From positions 3,995,180-4,059,179 of the forward strand of contig CBDEVZ010000008.1 of assembly GCA_965243735.1 (NCBI GenBank): a stretch of 64,000 nt of DNA, in the 5' to 3' direction. The stretch is from an uncultured Candidatus Binatia bacterium (GTDB lineage Bacteria > Desulfobacterota > Binatia > Bin18). A program made the translations under genes and the position numbers. This document shows positions 55,755-64,000 of this stretch, piece after piece. Within the stretch, counting starts at the first letter, position 1. Each line of letters opens with the position of its first letter. The notes below the pieces were generated by a model, which made no database searches, had not been told where the DNA came from, and was given only the letters and a program-made list of their open reading frames with translations.

Positions 55755-58700
55755 TCAGTCCAGCCCGGTGATGACGAAGTTCTGCTGACGCTCCTGCCAC
55801 TCCAGCGTCACCGTCTCGTCGGGCGTCGGAAAGCCCGCCAGCTCCACCCGCTTCGTCAGCCCCCGCACGAACGGCGCCGTCGCGTCCACCAGCGTCACCG
55901 TGACCGTCGCTCGGCTCAACTCCAGCCCATCGACCAGGGCGACCACCTCGTGCGCGCCCGCCCCGAACTCGGCCCAGTTCACCAACAGGCCAAAGCCGGT
56001 GTCCACGTCGCCACACACGTCCAGCGTGTCTGCCCGCTCCGTGCCCGCAGCTGCGGCAATGGCCTGCCCGTCAATCTCAATGACGACTTCGTCGGCTTCA
56101 CACACCCAACCCGAAATGACGCCGATGCCACTCTGAAAGGAGGCCGGGCCGGGGTTCTCCAACACGCCTTCGATTCCACCGGAGCTTGGCGCAGGCGCGC
56201 CTGTTGCTCCCCCCTCCACCGGGGCCAGCACGAAGTTCTGCTGGGACTCCTGCCACACCACCCGCACCTGCTCGCCCGCGCGGGGAAAGTCTGCGACGAG
56301 AAAGCTGCGTTGGAGCCCTTCGACAAACTCCGCCTCCAGCGTCGTCACCGTCACCGAGGCGCGGCTCAGCTCAATTCCATCGACCAGGACGACGACGGCA
56401 TGTGTGCCGTCGCCCAGCAGGTTCCAGTTGAACAACACGCCAAAGCCGTTGTCCGGGTCCCCGCAAATCGCGGCCGTGTCCGCCCGCGCCGTGCCATACG
56501 CCGTCGCCAGTTCCACGACGGTTCCGTCCGCTCGCTCAATCTCGACCGCCACCCCTTCGGCTTCGCATACCCAACCCGAGATGACTCCAATGCCGCTCTG
56601 AAAGGAGTGGGCCGCAGGATTCTCCAGATAGCCCACGATGAGCCGTGCGCTCAGCCTGTAGGCGCCCGTCCGGCCCTGCTCTCCAGCCACGGCGATGACG
56701 ACCTCCCCAGCCTCGACCGGCACGCTGAGGCGGAAGTTCTGCCGCTCCCCGCCGCGGGTGGCCGTGGCCAATTCTGCGCCAGCCTGCCACACGCTGCCCT
56801 GCGTATCGGACGAACCGCTGGTCTCGACCACGAACACCCCGGCCCAGGGCAGGCTGAGCCGAAAATAGTCCCGATCACTCCGGGTGTTGATCCGCCCCGC
56901 AGTGGTGACGGTCCGGGGTGTGACGCGACTGAACGACACGCGGGTCGCCCGCTCGGCGGTGTTGCCGTGGTCGTCGCGGGGGCGGCTGACCTGCCCGCCG
57001 CCACCGCCCGTGGACGGCCGGACGACCTGCTCGGTCTGCTCACTCGTCGCCTCTTTGGCCGTTCCGTCGGCGTCAGTATAGGACGCGGTTGCCCGCAGAG
57101 AGTGGCCAAGATCGTTCGCACTCGGCGTGTAGGTCGCTGTCGTGGCCTCATCAAGCAGCTCCCAGGTCGTGCCATCCTCCGACCGCTCCCAGCGCCACGT
57201 CGCAATCGAGACGGGCGCGTCGGGGTCGACCACGGTCGCGGTGAGGGCCCGCCCCACGAGCGGGCGCGTCGAGGAGACGGTCACCGTGCCTGGCGCATCG
57301 GTGACGGTCACGGTCACGGCGATGGAGGCGGAGTCCGGGGTGGGATCATGCGCCGTGGCAGGGTCAGTGGCCGTGACGGTGACGGCGTAGCTGGTCCTGG
57401 TCTCGTAGTCAAACGTCGTCCCCGAGGCCACCGACAGTTGCCCGCTGCTGTCGTCGATATCAAACGCACCGGCATCCGTGCCCGAGAGCGTATAGGTCAG
57501 CGTCGTGTCATTGGGGTCGGTGGCGGCGACCGGAGCACCCACAGGCGTCCCTGCTGTGGCCGTCTCAGTAACGCTGCGGGTGGTGGTGGCGCCCTCCGCA
57601 AAGGAGGGCGCCTCGCTGAGGGGCGTCTCCGTGAGGGTGGATGACCAGACGCCGTCGCCCTGGGCGTTGACCGCCCGCACCTGGACATCGTACCCCACGG
57701 GCTCCAAGCCGCTGAGGGTGTAGGACAGCGCGCCGCCGGCAGTCCAGCCGGTATCCACCTCGGTCCAGTTGGCATCGACCGTCTCATCTGCGGTGGTCTT
57801 GATGTAGCGCACCTCGTAGCCGGTGACCGCGGAGGCGCCGGGGTTGGTCGGGGCCGTCCAGACAACGGCGAGTGAGCTGTATCCTGGGGTCAGCGAGTCG
57901 AGGCTCGGAGCCCCGGGGGTGGACCGATGCCCGTAGACGGTCAGGCTCCACGAATTCAGCGTGCCGGTGTCCTCATTCCAGACATCGAGGAGGCGCAGCG
58001 TCCACGTCCCGGCGGGGTTCTCACCCAGGTGCTTGGCCGAGCCGAGCCGCACGCTTCCCGTGAGTGGACTGAAAGATCCACCGGCTGGAACGGACAAGAC
58101 GGACACCTTCTCCGACGGGGAGACCAGTTCTACCTGCAAGTCCCGGAATCTCATGTGGCTGAGGTTGACATTGATATCGACGAACTCGATGAACTCGACC
58201 TCAGCGCCCATCGGGAGGCTGCTGCTGACCGGGTCGCTGGTGAAGCAACCGGAGGGGTCGGGGCAGTCGGGGATACTCAGGTTGAGAGTGGCGGCCGAGT
58301 CGACCTTCTGCTCCACGAACGTTGGCAGCGTGGTCCAATCGGCGGCCACATCCACGGCGGCCCTGGCATCCACCACCCCAAAGCCGTACTTGTGGTTGAA
58401 GTGGTAGCGGTCCGTGTTCGCGCCGTACTTGAGCGCCCCGTCCTCCCAGCCGGTGTCGTCCGCGTCATTCTTGCGGGCCGACGCCGCCAGGATGAGCTTC
58501 ACGTCCCGCCAGGTCAGGGCGGTGTTGGCGCTGCGCACCAGCGCGGCCACGCCGGAGACGATGGGCGTGGCCGCGCTGGTGCCGGTGAAGCCATCGCTAT
58601 AGATATATCCGTCGTCGTTGTCGGTGGTGATGATTCCGTGGCGATCATCGTCAGTCTTCTGGAGTCCGGCCTGCGAACCCGACGGTGCGCAGACCCACAG

Positions 58701-60884
58701 GTTGGAGCCCTGTTCCGAATACGGGGCGTGCTCCCCTTGGTCAGTCACCGCACAGACTGTGGTCACGCCGTAGTGATTGGTGACCCCCTCCAAGCTGGCA
58801 TATTTCCGTGGGCCTGCGTTCCCGGCGGCAAAGACATAGACGGTGCCCTTATCCCCGGCACCCTGCGCCAGTCCTGTCTCTATCGCCGTCTCCCAGATGG
58901 CGGGGATGAGCTCCACTCCGGCGCCGCTGCGAGCGGTGCCCCAACTGTTGTTGGAGACATGCGTCTCCACCAAGTTGCGTTGCATGGCGTTCGCCATGTT
59001 TTCATCGGTCGGAGCCTGGATGAAGTTGTAGCCGTAGATCGTCGCCCTGGGCGCGACGCCGCGCACGCCCAGACCGTTATCCCGCGCGGCGATGATCCCT
59101 GCGACTGCGGTGCCGTGGTTATTGTCGGGATTATAGATATCGGTCGGGTCTTCGCCCTCTTTGGCGGTGTAATCGTGGTTCCGCGTCGCCTCGACGTTGG
59201 CGCTCAAGTCTTCGTGGTCAGCATCCATGCCGGTGTCGACCACGGCCACATTGATTCCGGCTCCCAGGATGCCGGCGGCCCAGACCGCTTCGACGTTAAT
59301 GTCCTCGTCTGACACGCCGCCTTTGCGTTGCCCCGCGTTATTCAGATGCCACTGACAGCCGTACAGCGGGTCGGTGATCGAGGCCGGGGTGGCGACGCCC
59401 TCACACAGCGCCGCAAATCTGTGGTAGCTCGGATCGGCAAGGGCGAGAATGGTGTAGTTTCCGGTACTGGAGGCCGTGACCTTGATGTAGTAGGTGCCCA
59501 CGGTTAGGCGGGTGGCGGAGAATACGGCGTCGGAGGCCGTAGACACCGTGACCGCGTTGCCGTCCGCATCAAGCAACGCTCCGCTGATACTCACCCCTAC
59601 GGCTACGACGGCCCTCACGACGATGTCCGTGGTTTCGGTGACCTCGAAGCGAAAGTGATCCACATCCGACGTGGAGGCGATGTCCCCTCCGCGCGCTTCA
59701 CCAAGGCGCAGGAGAGTGGCGGTCGCGGTGGTGTCGCCTGGATCCGTCACGGTGTTAACGTGCACGTTGTAGAACCCGTCCTCACCATCATACTGACGGC
59801 TATTGATCTTAATGTAGTAGGTCCCGGCGTTGAGTGAGTGGCGGACCAGAGCCGGATTCTCTTTAGGACGGCCCGGCCACAGCGAGCTGCCGCGGTTGGA
59901 AGTGATCTCCGTTGTTCCGTTGCTTTGCAGGAGTGTCACGACCGGACTTTCAATACTGCCGGTAGTATGAATGATGACCTTGGTCGTTGCCGAGAGCGTG
60001 AGCTTGAAGTAATCCTCGTCATCGTTAAAGCCACCGCCGGGAACGAGGATCCCCTGCTCTACGGCGATTCCGTCACTATCGAAGGTGATCTCGTGCGCGT
60101 CGGCAGTACCGCTGCTATCGACTATCGCCCTGGTATGCAGGACGTAGGCCCCCGTCGTCCCTCCATAACTGGCAACCTTGATGTAGTAGGTGCCTGCGGC
60201 GAGGGTTTTCCACACGAAGAAGTTCAACGGGGCGCTGGACAGCGGGTCGTCATCGGAAAACGGGGTGTCATCGTTACTGGCAAGCACCGTGCCGCTGCTG
60301 TCCTGGAGTTCTCCTACGGTATCGAGATCACCAGCCGTCCAGATAAACAGGCCGGTCTGTTGCGTCAGCGTGAACGTGAAGTAGTCCACATCGGTCCCAG
60401 GGGTGATCCCGCCTGCCATATCGGTGTCCAGGGTCAGGGCCGTCGCGGTTGAGGTACTGTCCCCATGATCCAAAGTGGTCCCCGTGACCGTGCCGGACCA
60501 GTCTCCGTCGCCGGTGGCGTTGACCGCTCGCACCTGCACGTCGTACTGGGTGCTTTCAGTCAGCCCGGAGATGGTGTAGGTCAGGCTGCCGGTAGTCCAG
60601 GCGTCGTCTTCCTCGGTCCAGTTGGCGTCGTTCGTCTCGTCGTCGGCGGTCTTGATAGAGCGCACGTCGTAGGCGGTGATGGCCGAGCCGCCGGTGTTGG
60701 TGGGCGCGGTCCAGGTCACGGCCAGGGTGAGCCCGGAAGTGTTCCTGCCGGCCGTCACGGTGGCGATGGTGGGAGCGCCGGGCACGGTGGGGGTCTGGGC
60801 CTCGACTGCGCCGGTAATCAGCAGCAGCCCACACACGCCCGCCACTGCCGTCCGCAGCAGGGTTTTCACGACGCTCAGGCGCAT
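55755..60884 (-). CDS. Giant secreted kexin-like subtilase (S8 with P-domain). It carries FN3, three N-terminal PPC domains, cadherin-like domains, a PPC-like domain and tandem C-terminal domains
   Basis: 1709 aa. Signal peptide. S8 catalytic triad context VAVVDTGMDADHEDL / HGTAVAGIIAA / GTSAATPIVSGVAAL. P-domain (GTWTLRLLDVWNEDTGTLNSWSLTVYGH). PPC motifs DVDYFTF, DEDYFKL, DVDHFRF. C-terminal cassette ends QNFVITGLD. Confidence 0.9.
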   Translation of the reverse strand: MRLSVVKTLLRTAVAGVCGLLLITGAVEAQTPTVPGAPTIATVTAGRNTSGLTLAVTWTAPTNTGGSAITAYDVRSIKTADDETNDANWTEEDDAWTTGSLTYTISGLTESTQYDVQVRAVNATGDGDWSGTVTGTTLDHGDSTSTATALTLDTDMAGGITPGTDVDYFTFTLTQQTGLFIWTAGDLDTVGELQDSSGTVLASNDDTPFSDDDPLSSAPLNFFVWKTLAAGTYYIKVASYGGTTGAYVLHTRAIVDSSGTADAHEITFDSDGIAVEQGILVPGGGFNDDEDYFKLTLSATTKVIIHTTGSIESPVVTLLQSNGTTEITSNRGSSLWPGRPKENPALVRHSLNAGTYYIKINSRQYDGEDGFYNVHVNTVTDPGDTTATATLLRLGEARGGDIASTSDVDHFRFEVTETTDIVVRAVVAVGVSISGALLDADGNAVTVSTASDAVFSATRLTVGTYYIKVTASSTGNYTILALADPSYHRFAALCEGVATPASITDPLYGCQWHLNNAGQRKGGVSDEDINVEAVWAAGILGAGINVAVVDTGMDADHEDLSANVEATRNHDYTAKEGEDPTDIYNPDNNHGTAVAGIIAARDNGLGVRGVAPRATIYGYNFIQAPTDENMANAMQRNLVETHVSNNSWGTARSGAGVELIPAIWETAIETGLAQGAGDKGTVYVFAAGNAGPRKYASLEGVTNHYGVTTVCAVTDQGEHAPYSEQGSNLWVCAPSGSQAGLQKTDDDRHGIITTDNDDGYIYSDGFTGTSAATPIVSGVAALVRSANTALTWRDVKLILAASARKNDADDTGWEDGALKYGANTDRYHFNHKYGFGVVDARAAVDVAADWTTLPTFVEQKVDSAATLNLSIPDCPDPSGCFTSDPVSSSLPMGAEVEFIEFVDINVNLSHMRFRDLQVELVSPSEKVSVLSVPAGGSFSPLTGSVRLGSAKHLGENPAGTWTLRLLDVWNEDTGTLNSWSLTVYGHRSTPGAPSLDSLTPGYSSLAVVWTAPTNPGASAVTGYEVRYIKTTADETVDANWTEVDTGWTAGGALSYTLSGLEPVGYDVQVRAVNAQGDGVWSSTLTETPLSEAPSFAEGATTTRSVTETATAGTPVGAPVAATDPNDTTLTYTLSGTDAGAFDIDDSSGQLSVASGTTFDYETRTSYAVTVTATDPATAHDPTPDSASIAVTVTVTDAPGTVTVSSTRPLVGRALTATVVDPDAPVSIATWRWERSEDGTTWELLDEATTATYTPSANDLGHSLRATASYTDADGTAKEATSEQTEQVVRPSTGGGGGQVSRPRDDHGNTAERATRVSFSRVTPRTVTTAGRINTRSDRDYFRLSLPWAGVFVVETSGSSDTQGSVWQAGAELATATRGGERQNFRLSVPVEAGEVVIAVAGEQGRTGAYRLSARLIVGYLENPAAHSFQSGIGVISGWVCEAEGVAVEIERADGTVVELATAYGTARADTAAICGDPDNGFGVLFNWNLLGDGTHAVVVLVDGIELSRASVTVTTLEAEFVEGLQRSFLVADFPRAGEQVRVVWQESQQNFVLAPVEGGATGAPAPSSGGIEGVLENPGPASFQSGIGVISGWVCEADEVVIEIDGQAIAAAAGTERADTLDVCGDVDTGFGLLVNWAEFGAGAHEVVALVDGLELSRATVTVTLVDATAPFVRGLTKRVELAGFPTPDETVTLEWQERQQNFVITGLD

Positions 60885-60901
60885 GGTCTGGAGTCAGCCG
60901 C

Positions 60902-61486
60902 TCACCGTGTTGTGAGTTCTCTCCACCAGTTGGGGCTGGCGATGCGCACCCCGTCCTGGGCGGCCAGGGTGTTGGCCAAGTCCAGGGATGGAAAGCCCGG
61001 CGCGGTCTCGACGAAGAAACTGTTGGTGGTGACTTCCATGACCGACACCCGGTCCAGCGTGATCCGGTTGCGGGCGAAAAAGGCATGCGTCTCCGCCGTG
61101 CTCCACTCCGCCTCCAGCACCAGCAGCACGCCGCCGGGCAGGGTCATCAGGGTGCCTGAGGATTCAGACCGGAAGACCGGTTGTCCGGTGCTTCTCCCGG
61201 CACTGTCCTTGGCGACGATGTGCTCCCCCGTGCTTCTGGTGCTGCTCCCGCTCACCTCCAGGTCGGACTGGAGCACCACCCGCACGGTCCGGTCGCCGTC
61301 CTGGTAGGTGTAGACCTGTCCCTGGACGCCTTGGCCGGCGTCGCCGGGCGTCTGAGGGCTGCGCTGTTGCAGGGCGGGGGCACCTGCGGAAGGCCGGTCG
61401 GTTGATTCAAACTCAAGCGGCTGCGCCCACGCGACCGGCGAGGCAATCACTGCCACCACAGCCACAGCGATACCGACCGTGCTCAT
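60902..61486 (-). CDS. Secreted ~195-aa protein encoded just upstream of the subtilase. It is a candidate stand-alone I9-like propeptide, inhibitor or chaperone
   Basis: Start MSTVGIAVAVVAVIASPVAWA has a signal peptide. The C-terminal ...NSFFVETAPGFPSLDLANTLAAQDGVRIASPNWWRE loosely follows the I9 propeptide pattern. Family not recognised. Only 18 bp separates it from the protease start. Confidence 0.45.
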   Translation of the reverse strand: MSTVGIAVAVVAVIASPVAWAQPLEFESTDRPSAGAPALQQRSPQTPGDAGQGVQGQVYTYQDGDRTVRVVLQSDLEVSGSSTRSTGEHIVAKDSAGRSTGQPVFRSESSGTLMTLPGGVLLVLEAEWSTAETHAFFARNRITLDRVSVMEVTTNSFFVETAPGFPSLDLANTLAAQDGVRIASPNWWRELTTR

Positions 61487-61611
61487 CTCACCTCGCGGTC
61501 GGGCACCCCGGTCCCGGTTTGCCTCAAGACTGGAACCGCGCATCCAATGACGACCAGTCTGCTTTGCAAAGGTTCCGTGAGTGTGCATCTCTTCCCCATA
61601 CTCCATACACT

Positions 61612-61680
61612 CACATGTTGTTCCCCTAAAATTGGTGGATTCGGTAAGGAAAATGAGAGAATTTTTCCCGGAAAAGGGGG
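61612..61680 (+). promoter_or_regulatory. Conserved AT-rich promoter module (copy 4) upstream of the propeptide-like/subtilase operon
   Basis: CACATGTTGTTCCCCTAAAATTGGTGGATTCGGTAAGGAAAATGAGAGAATTTTTCCCGGAAAAGGGGG. Confidence 0.45.
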
Positions 61681-62036
61681 AAGCCGGCCCGAGACCGGCG
61701 GGGCGTGTCTCACAGTGTGGCGCGTTCCCCCCCGCGTGCGGCACGCCCGTGACGAGATGTCGGACGGGGGCGTGTCTACGGAGCGAACCGGCTAAAGACC
61801 CGACTGGGGGGAGTGGCAGGTCGGATGAGCCGCAGGCGTAAGCCGACAAGACGATCCGCTCGGACTGTATATCCGTTCAGGAGGGAAGATGCTCGCAGAA
61901 CACGACCGTTACGCCCGGTCGCTCGCACAGACATCACCCATACAAGACAGATCAGCTCGGGGTAGGTCGGGGTAGGTCGGATTAGCGAAGCGTAAGCCGA
62001 CACTCTCGATAGAGAGACGCGCAGCGGAGTTCGGCG

Positions 62037-62072
62037 CGATGTCTTGGTCGATGTCTTGGTCGATGTCTTGGT
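62037..62072. repeat. Three tandem copies of the 12-bp unit CGATGTCTTGGT beside the tRNA 3' end
   Basis: CGATGTCTTGGT x3. A GGTAGGTCGG x2 duplication lies at 61960-61980. Confidence 0.5.
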
Positions 62073-62078
62073 GAAGAG

Positions 62079-62151
<73 letters not shown>

Positions 62152-62415
62152 ACGGCTGAGGCCGCAGACTCTACCAGCCGGCCCCGGCTTTTGCAAGCCA
62201 CGCCGGCCCGGGCTACTGCGTCAGTTTGAAAATGCTTGCCTATCTCATCCCCAGCGGCCCGCGCCGAGGGACGCTCCGTACGCCGGAAAAATCCCCCTCA
62301 GTCCCCCTTTGGCAAAGGGGGAAGCGCGAAGCGCAGGGGGATTTCTGCGTCAGGAGTGTTCTCCTCGAAGAGGGAAGTTCAAAATGACGCACTACCCGAC
62401 CCGGATGTGGGCCGC

Positions 62416-63609
62416 TCAGGTGAGGCCGACTTGCAGAAAAGTCACAATCGCTCTGAGGCCCAGGTTGTCGTACTGGGCGTCGATATCGGAGCGGAAGATA
62501 AAGTGAATCAAACCGTCTTCGGCCCGGGCTTCCGGCGGGGGATTCTGATCCCAGGCACCCTGCTCACAGGCGTGCAGCAAGGATTCGTCGATTGAATAGC
62601 TGCCGGACCGGCCGCGCAAGACCAGCCCGACCAGATCACCGTCCAGCGAGAGCTTGGCTTCGATGGTCACCCAGTCGCGGGCCGCAATCACATCGTCAAG
62701 CTTGAGGTTTCTGCGCTGGTCGATCACCAGGTGCTGAAACACGCGCTCGGCTACCCGACGGACAAACGGGGCAAACCGGGACGCCTTGGTGTTCAAGAAG
62801 GTCATGTTGCCGCGACGCACGTCGGGCAGGTGGTCCGGCGTTCCGGTCGGTCCGGGCAGGGATAGCATGCTATTCCGGGCCGGCGGAGCCATGCTCAGCA
62901 GCTCGTTGCCGGTCGGGGTACGCCGTTCGTCTTGTTGCTCCTGCTCCCTGCCTCGGTCTTTGATAAAGCCCTGGGCTAACAAATCGGCGGGGCTGGCAAA
63001 CAGTTGGGGCGTCGGTTTGGGGGCGTCGGGCGCACCGGGTTGGAGGGCCTGCGGGCTTTCCTTTGGCGGGGTGTTCTCGGGCTCGCTGTCGAGCGGACGG
63101 TCAAACGGCGGCGTGAGGGCGGCCAGCTGGGTGGGCTCTTTGGGCGGCTCGGCCGGTTTCTGGGCTTCGCTGTTGGGTTGTTCCTGTTGTTCGGGGTTCG
63201 TGCTCGGCAGCGGGGTGCCGACCGCAACCGTTTCTTCCTCGGCGGTGGTATTGCGGTCGCTCAGAAAACGCGTCTGGTCCGGGATCTGCTCGTTGACGAC
63301 ATCGGGCGGATTCACAATCTGCTCGGGCAGGGGCGCGGGTGGCGGTTCGGCGGTTTTCTCCTCGACCGGCTCTTCTTTCGGCACTGCCTCGGGCTCAGCC
63401 TGGGCGGGCAGCTCAGCCTGGGCCAGCTGCTGGGGCTCCTCCGCCGGCAACAGCTCCACCTCGGTCAACTGTTCCGTCTCGGGCGGGAAGATCGGGTTTG
63501 GCACGGGGAACAGCAGAAGCAGGAGCAGGTGAAAGAGGAGCGAGAAGAGCAAAAAAACGACCAGCGGGTCGCGCTGCTGGGGACGGATGGAGAGACTGGC
63601 CGTTGACAT
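62416..63609 (-). CDS. TonB-family energy transducer-like protein (N-terminal TM anchor, long Pro/Glu-rich linker, TonB-C-like domain)
   Basis: [34 protein letters not shown] is the TM anchor. Then ~200 aa of P/E/Q-rich linker. C-terminal [35 protein letters not shown] is TonB_C-like. Confidence 0.6.
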   Translation of the reverse strand: MSTASLSIRPQQRDPLVVFLLFSLLFHLLLLLLFPVPNPIFPPETEQLTEVELLPAEEPQQLAQAELPAQAEPEAVPKEEPVEEKTAEPPPAPLPEQIVNPPDVVNEQIPDQTRFLSDRNTTAEEETVAVGTPLPSTNPEQQEQPNSEAQKPAEPPKEPTQLAALTPPFDRPLDSEPENTPPKESPQALQPGAPDAPKPTPQLFASPADLLAQGFIKDRGREQEQQDERRTPTGNELLSMAPPARNSMLSLPGPTGTPDHLPDVRRGNMTFLNTKASRFAPFVRRVAERVFQHLVIDQRRNLKLDDVIAARDWVTIEAKLSLDGDLVGLVLRGRSGSYSIDESLLHACEQGAWDQNPPPEARAEDGLIHFIFRSDIDAQYDNLGLRAIVTFLQVGLT

Positions 63610-63702
63610 CGGCCGTATTCTAGCCTTCTTGACCGATGCCCGCAAGAAAAGCGTGTGTCCGCCTTGCCCGTGGGCAGAGACCTCGCGTATAGTGGGAAAA
63701 CT

Positions 63703-63897
63703 ATGTTTGGTCTTGGTGTGGGAGAACTGCTGATCATTCTGGTCATTGTCCTGGTCATCTTTGGCGCAGGGAAATTACCGGCGATTGGCGAGGGACTTGG
63801 CAAGGGGATTCAAAACTTCCGGAAATCGGTCAAGTCGCCGGAGATTGATGTCACGCCGGACGGCGAAACCGACAAGCGGTCCGACAACTCCTCCTGA
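63703..63897 (+). CDS. tatA: Twin-arginine translocase subunit TatA/E
   Basis: [41 protein letters not shown] is the canonical TatA N-terminus. Confidence 0.85.
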   Translation: MFGLGVGELLIILVIVLVIFGAGKLPAIGEGLGKGIQNFRKSVKSPEIDVTPDGETDKRSDNSS

Positions 63898-64000
63898 CGG
63901 TCTGGCCTCGACGCTGTCAGGCTCGATAGACCCGCACCACCCCTAGGCGCCTTCAAACTGGACAGACACCACCCGTCCTACAATCTCCGCAACCGAGCCG

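Noticed and set aside
62037-62072. Possible CRISPR array at the tandem 12-bp repeats
   Set aside because: Only three directly abutting 12-bp units with no spacers and no cas genes. It is a simple tandem repeat.

Overview
This is a high-GC (~65%) bacterial chromosomal segment with about 50 credible protein genes, one tRNA-Ala(CGC), and three families of short intergenic repeats.

Housekeeping and metabolic genes include lhgO (5'-truncated at the window edge), folK, a PAS sensor, GTP-dependent PEP carboxykinase pckG, a PduO-type cobalamin adenosyltransferase, MBL hydrolases, a MaoC-like hydratase and a ThuA-like protein. Further along are two gluconolactonase paralogs, a quinone oxidoreductase, a 2-hydroxyacid dehydrogenase, a SulP transporter, modABC, a DUF4212-actP pair, a type II glutamine synthetase, a TetR regulator, a TonB-family protein and tatA.

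Accessory content is substantial:
- a ~3 kb low-GC island (9.0-12.1 kb) carrying a DNA methyltransferase, a putative restriction endonuclease and a MazEF toxin-antitoxin pair;
- a HicAB toxin-antitoxin pair;
- a vapB gene followed by a truncated vapC;
- tandem TonB-dependent receptor paralogs, one of them frameshifted.

The most interesting feature is split across two loci (19.1-34.1 kb and 53.1-61.7 kb). Each carries a LuxR-type regulator paralog. Four very large secreted modular proteins are encoded there. Their N-terminal passenger regions differ completely: DUF11/FN3, NHL beta-propeller, plant-type LRR, and a kexin-like S8 protease with a P-domain. All four share a C-terminal cassette made of a PPC-like domain plus two copies of an unrecognised ~115-aa Cys-containing domain. 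Supporting this as a coordinated system are:
- a conserved ~70-bp AT-rich promoter module present four times;
- repeated AAAATTGG boxes with a conserved TTGACGG promoter;
- a duplicated 5' leader and signal-peptide cassette;
- ~95% identical 1.27-kb 3' gene ends, suggesting gene conversion.

The eukaryote-like domains (LRR, NHL, cadherin, kexin) suggest a host-associated lifestyle, but this is inference only.
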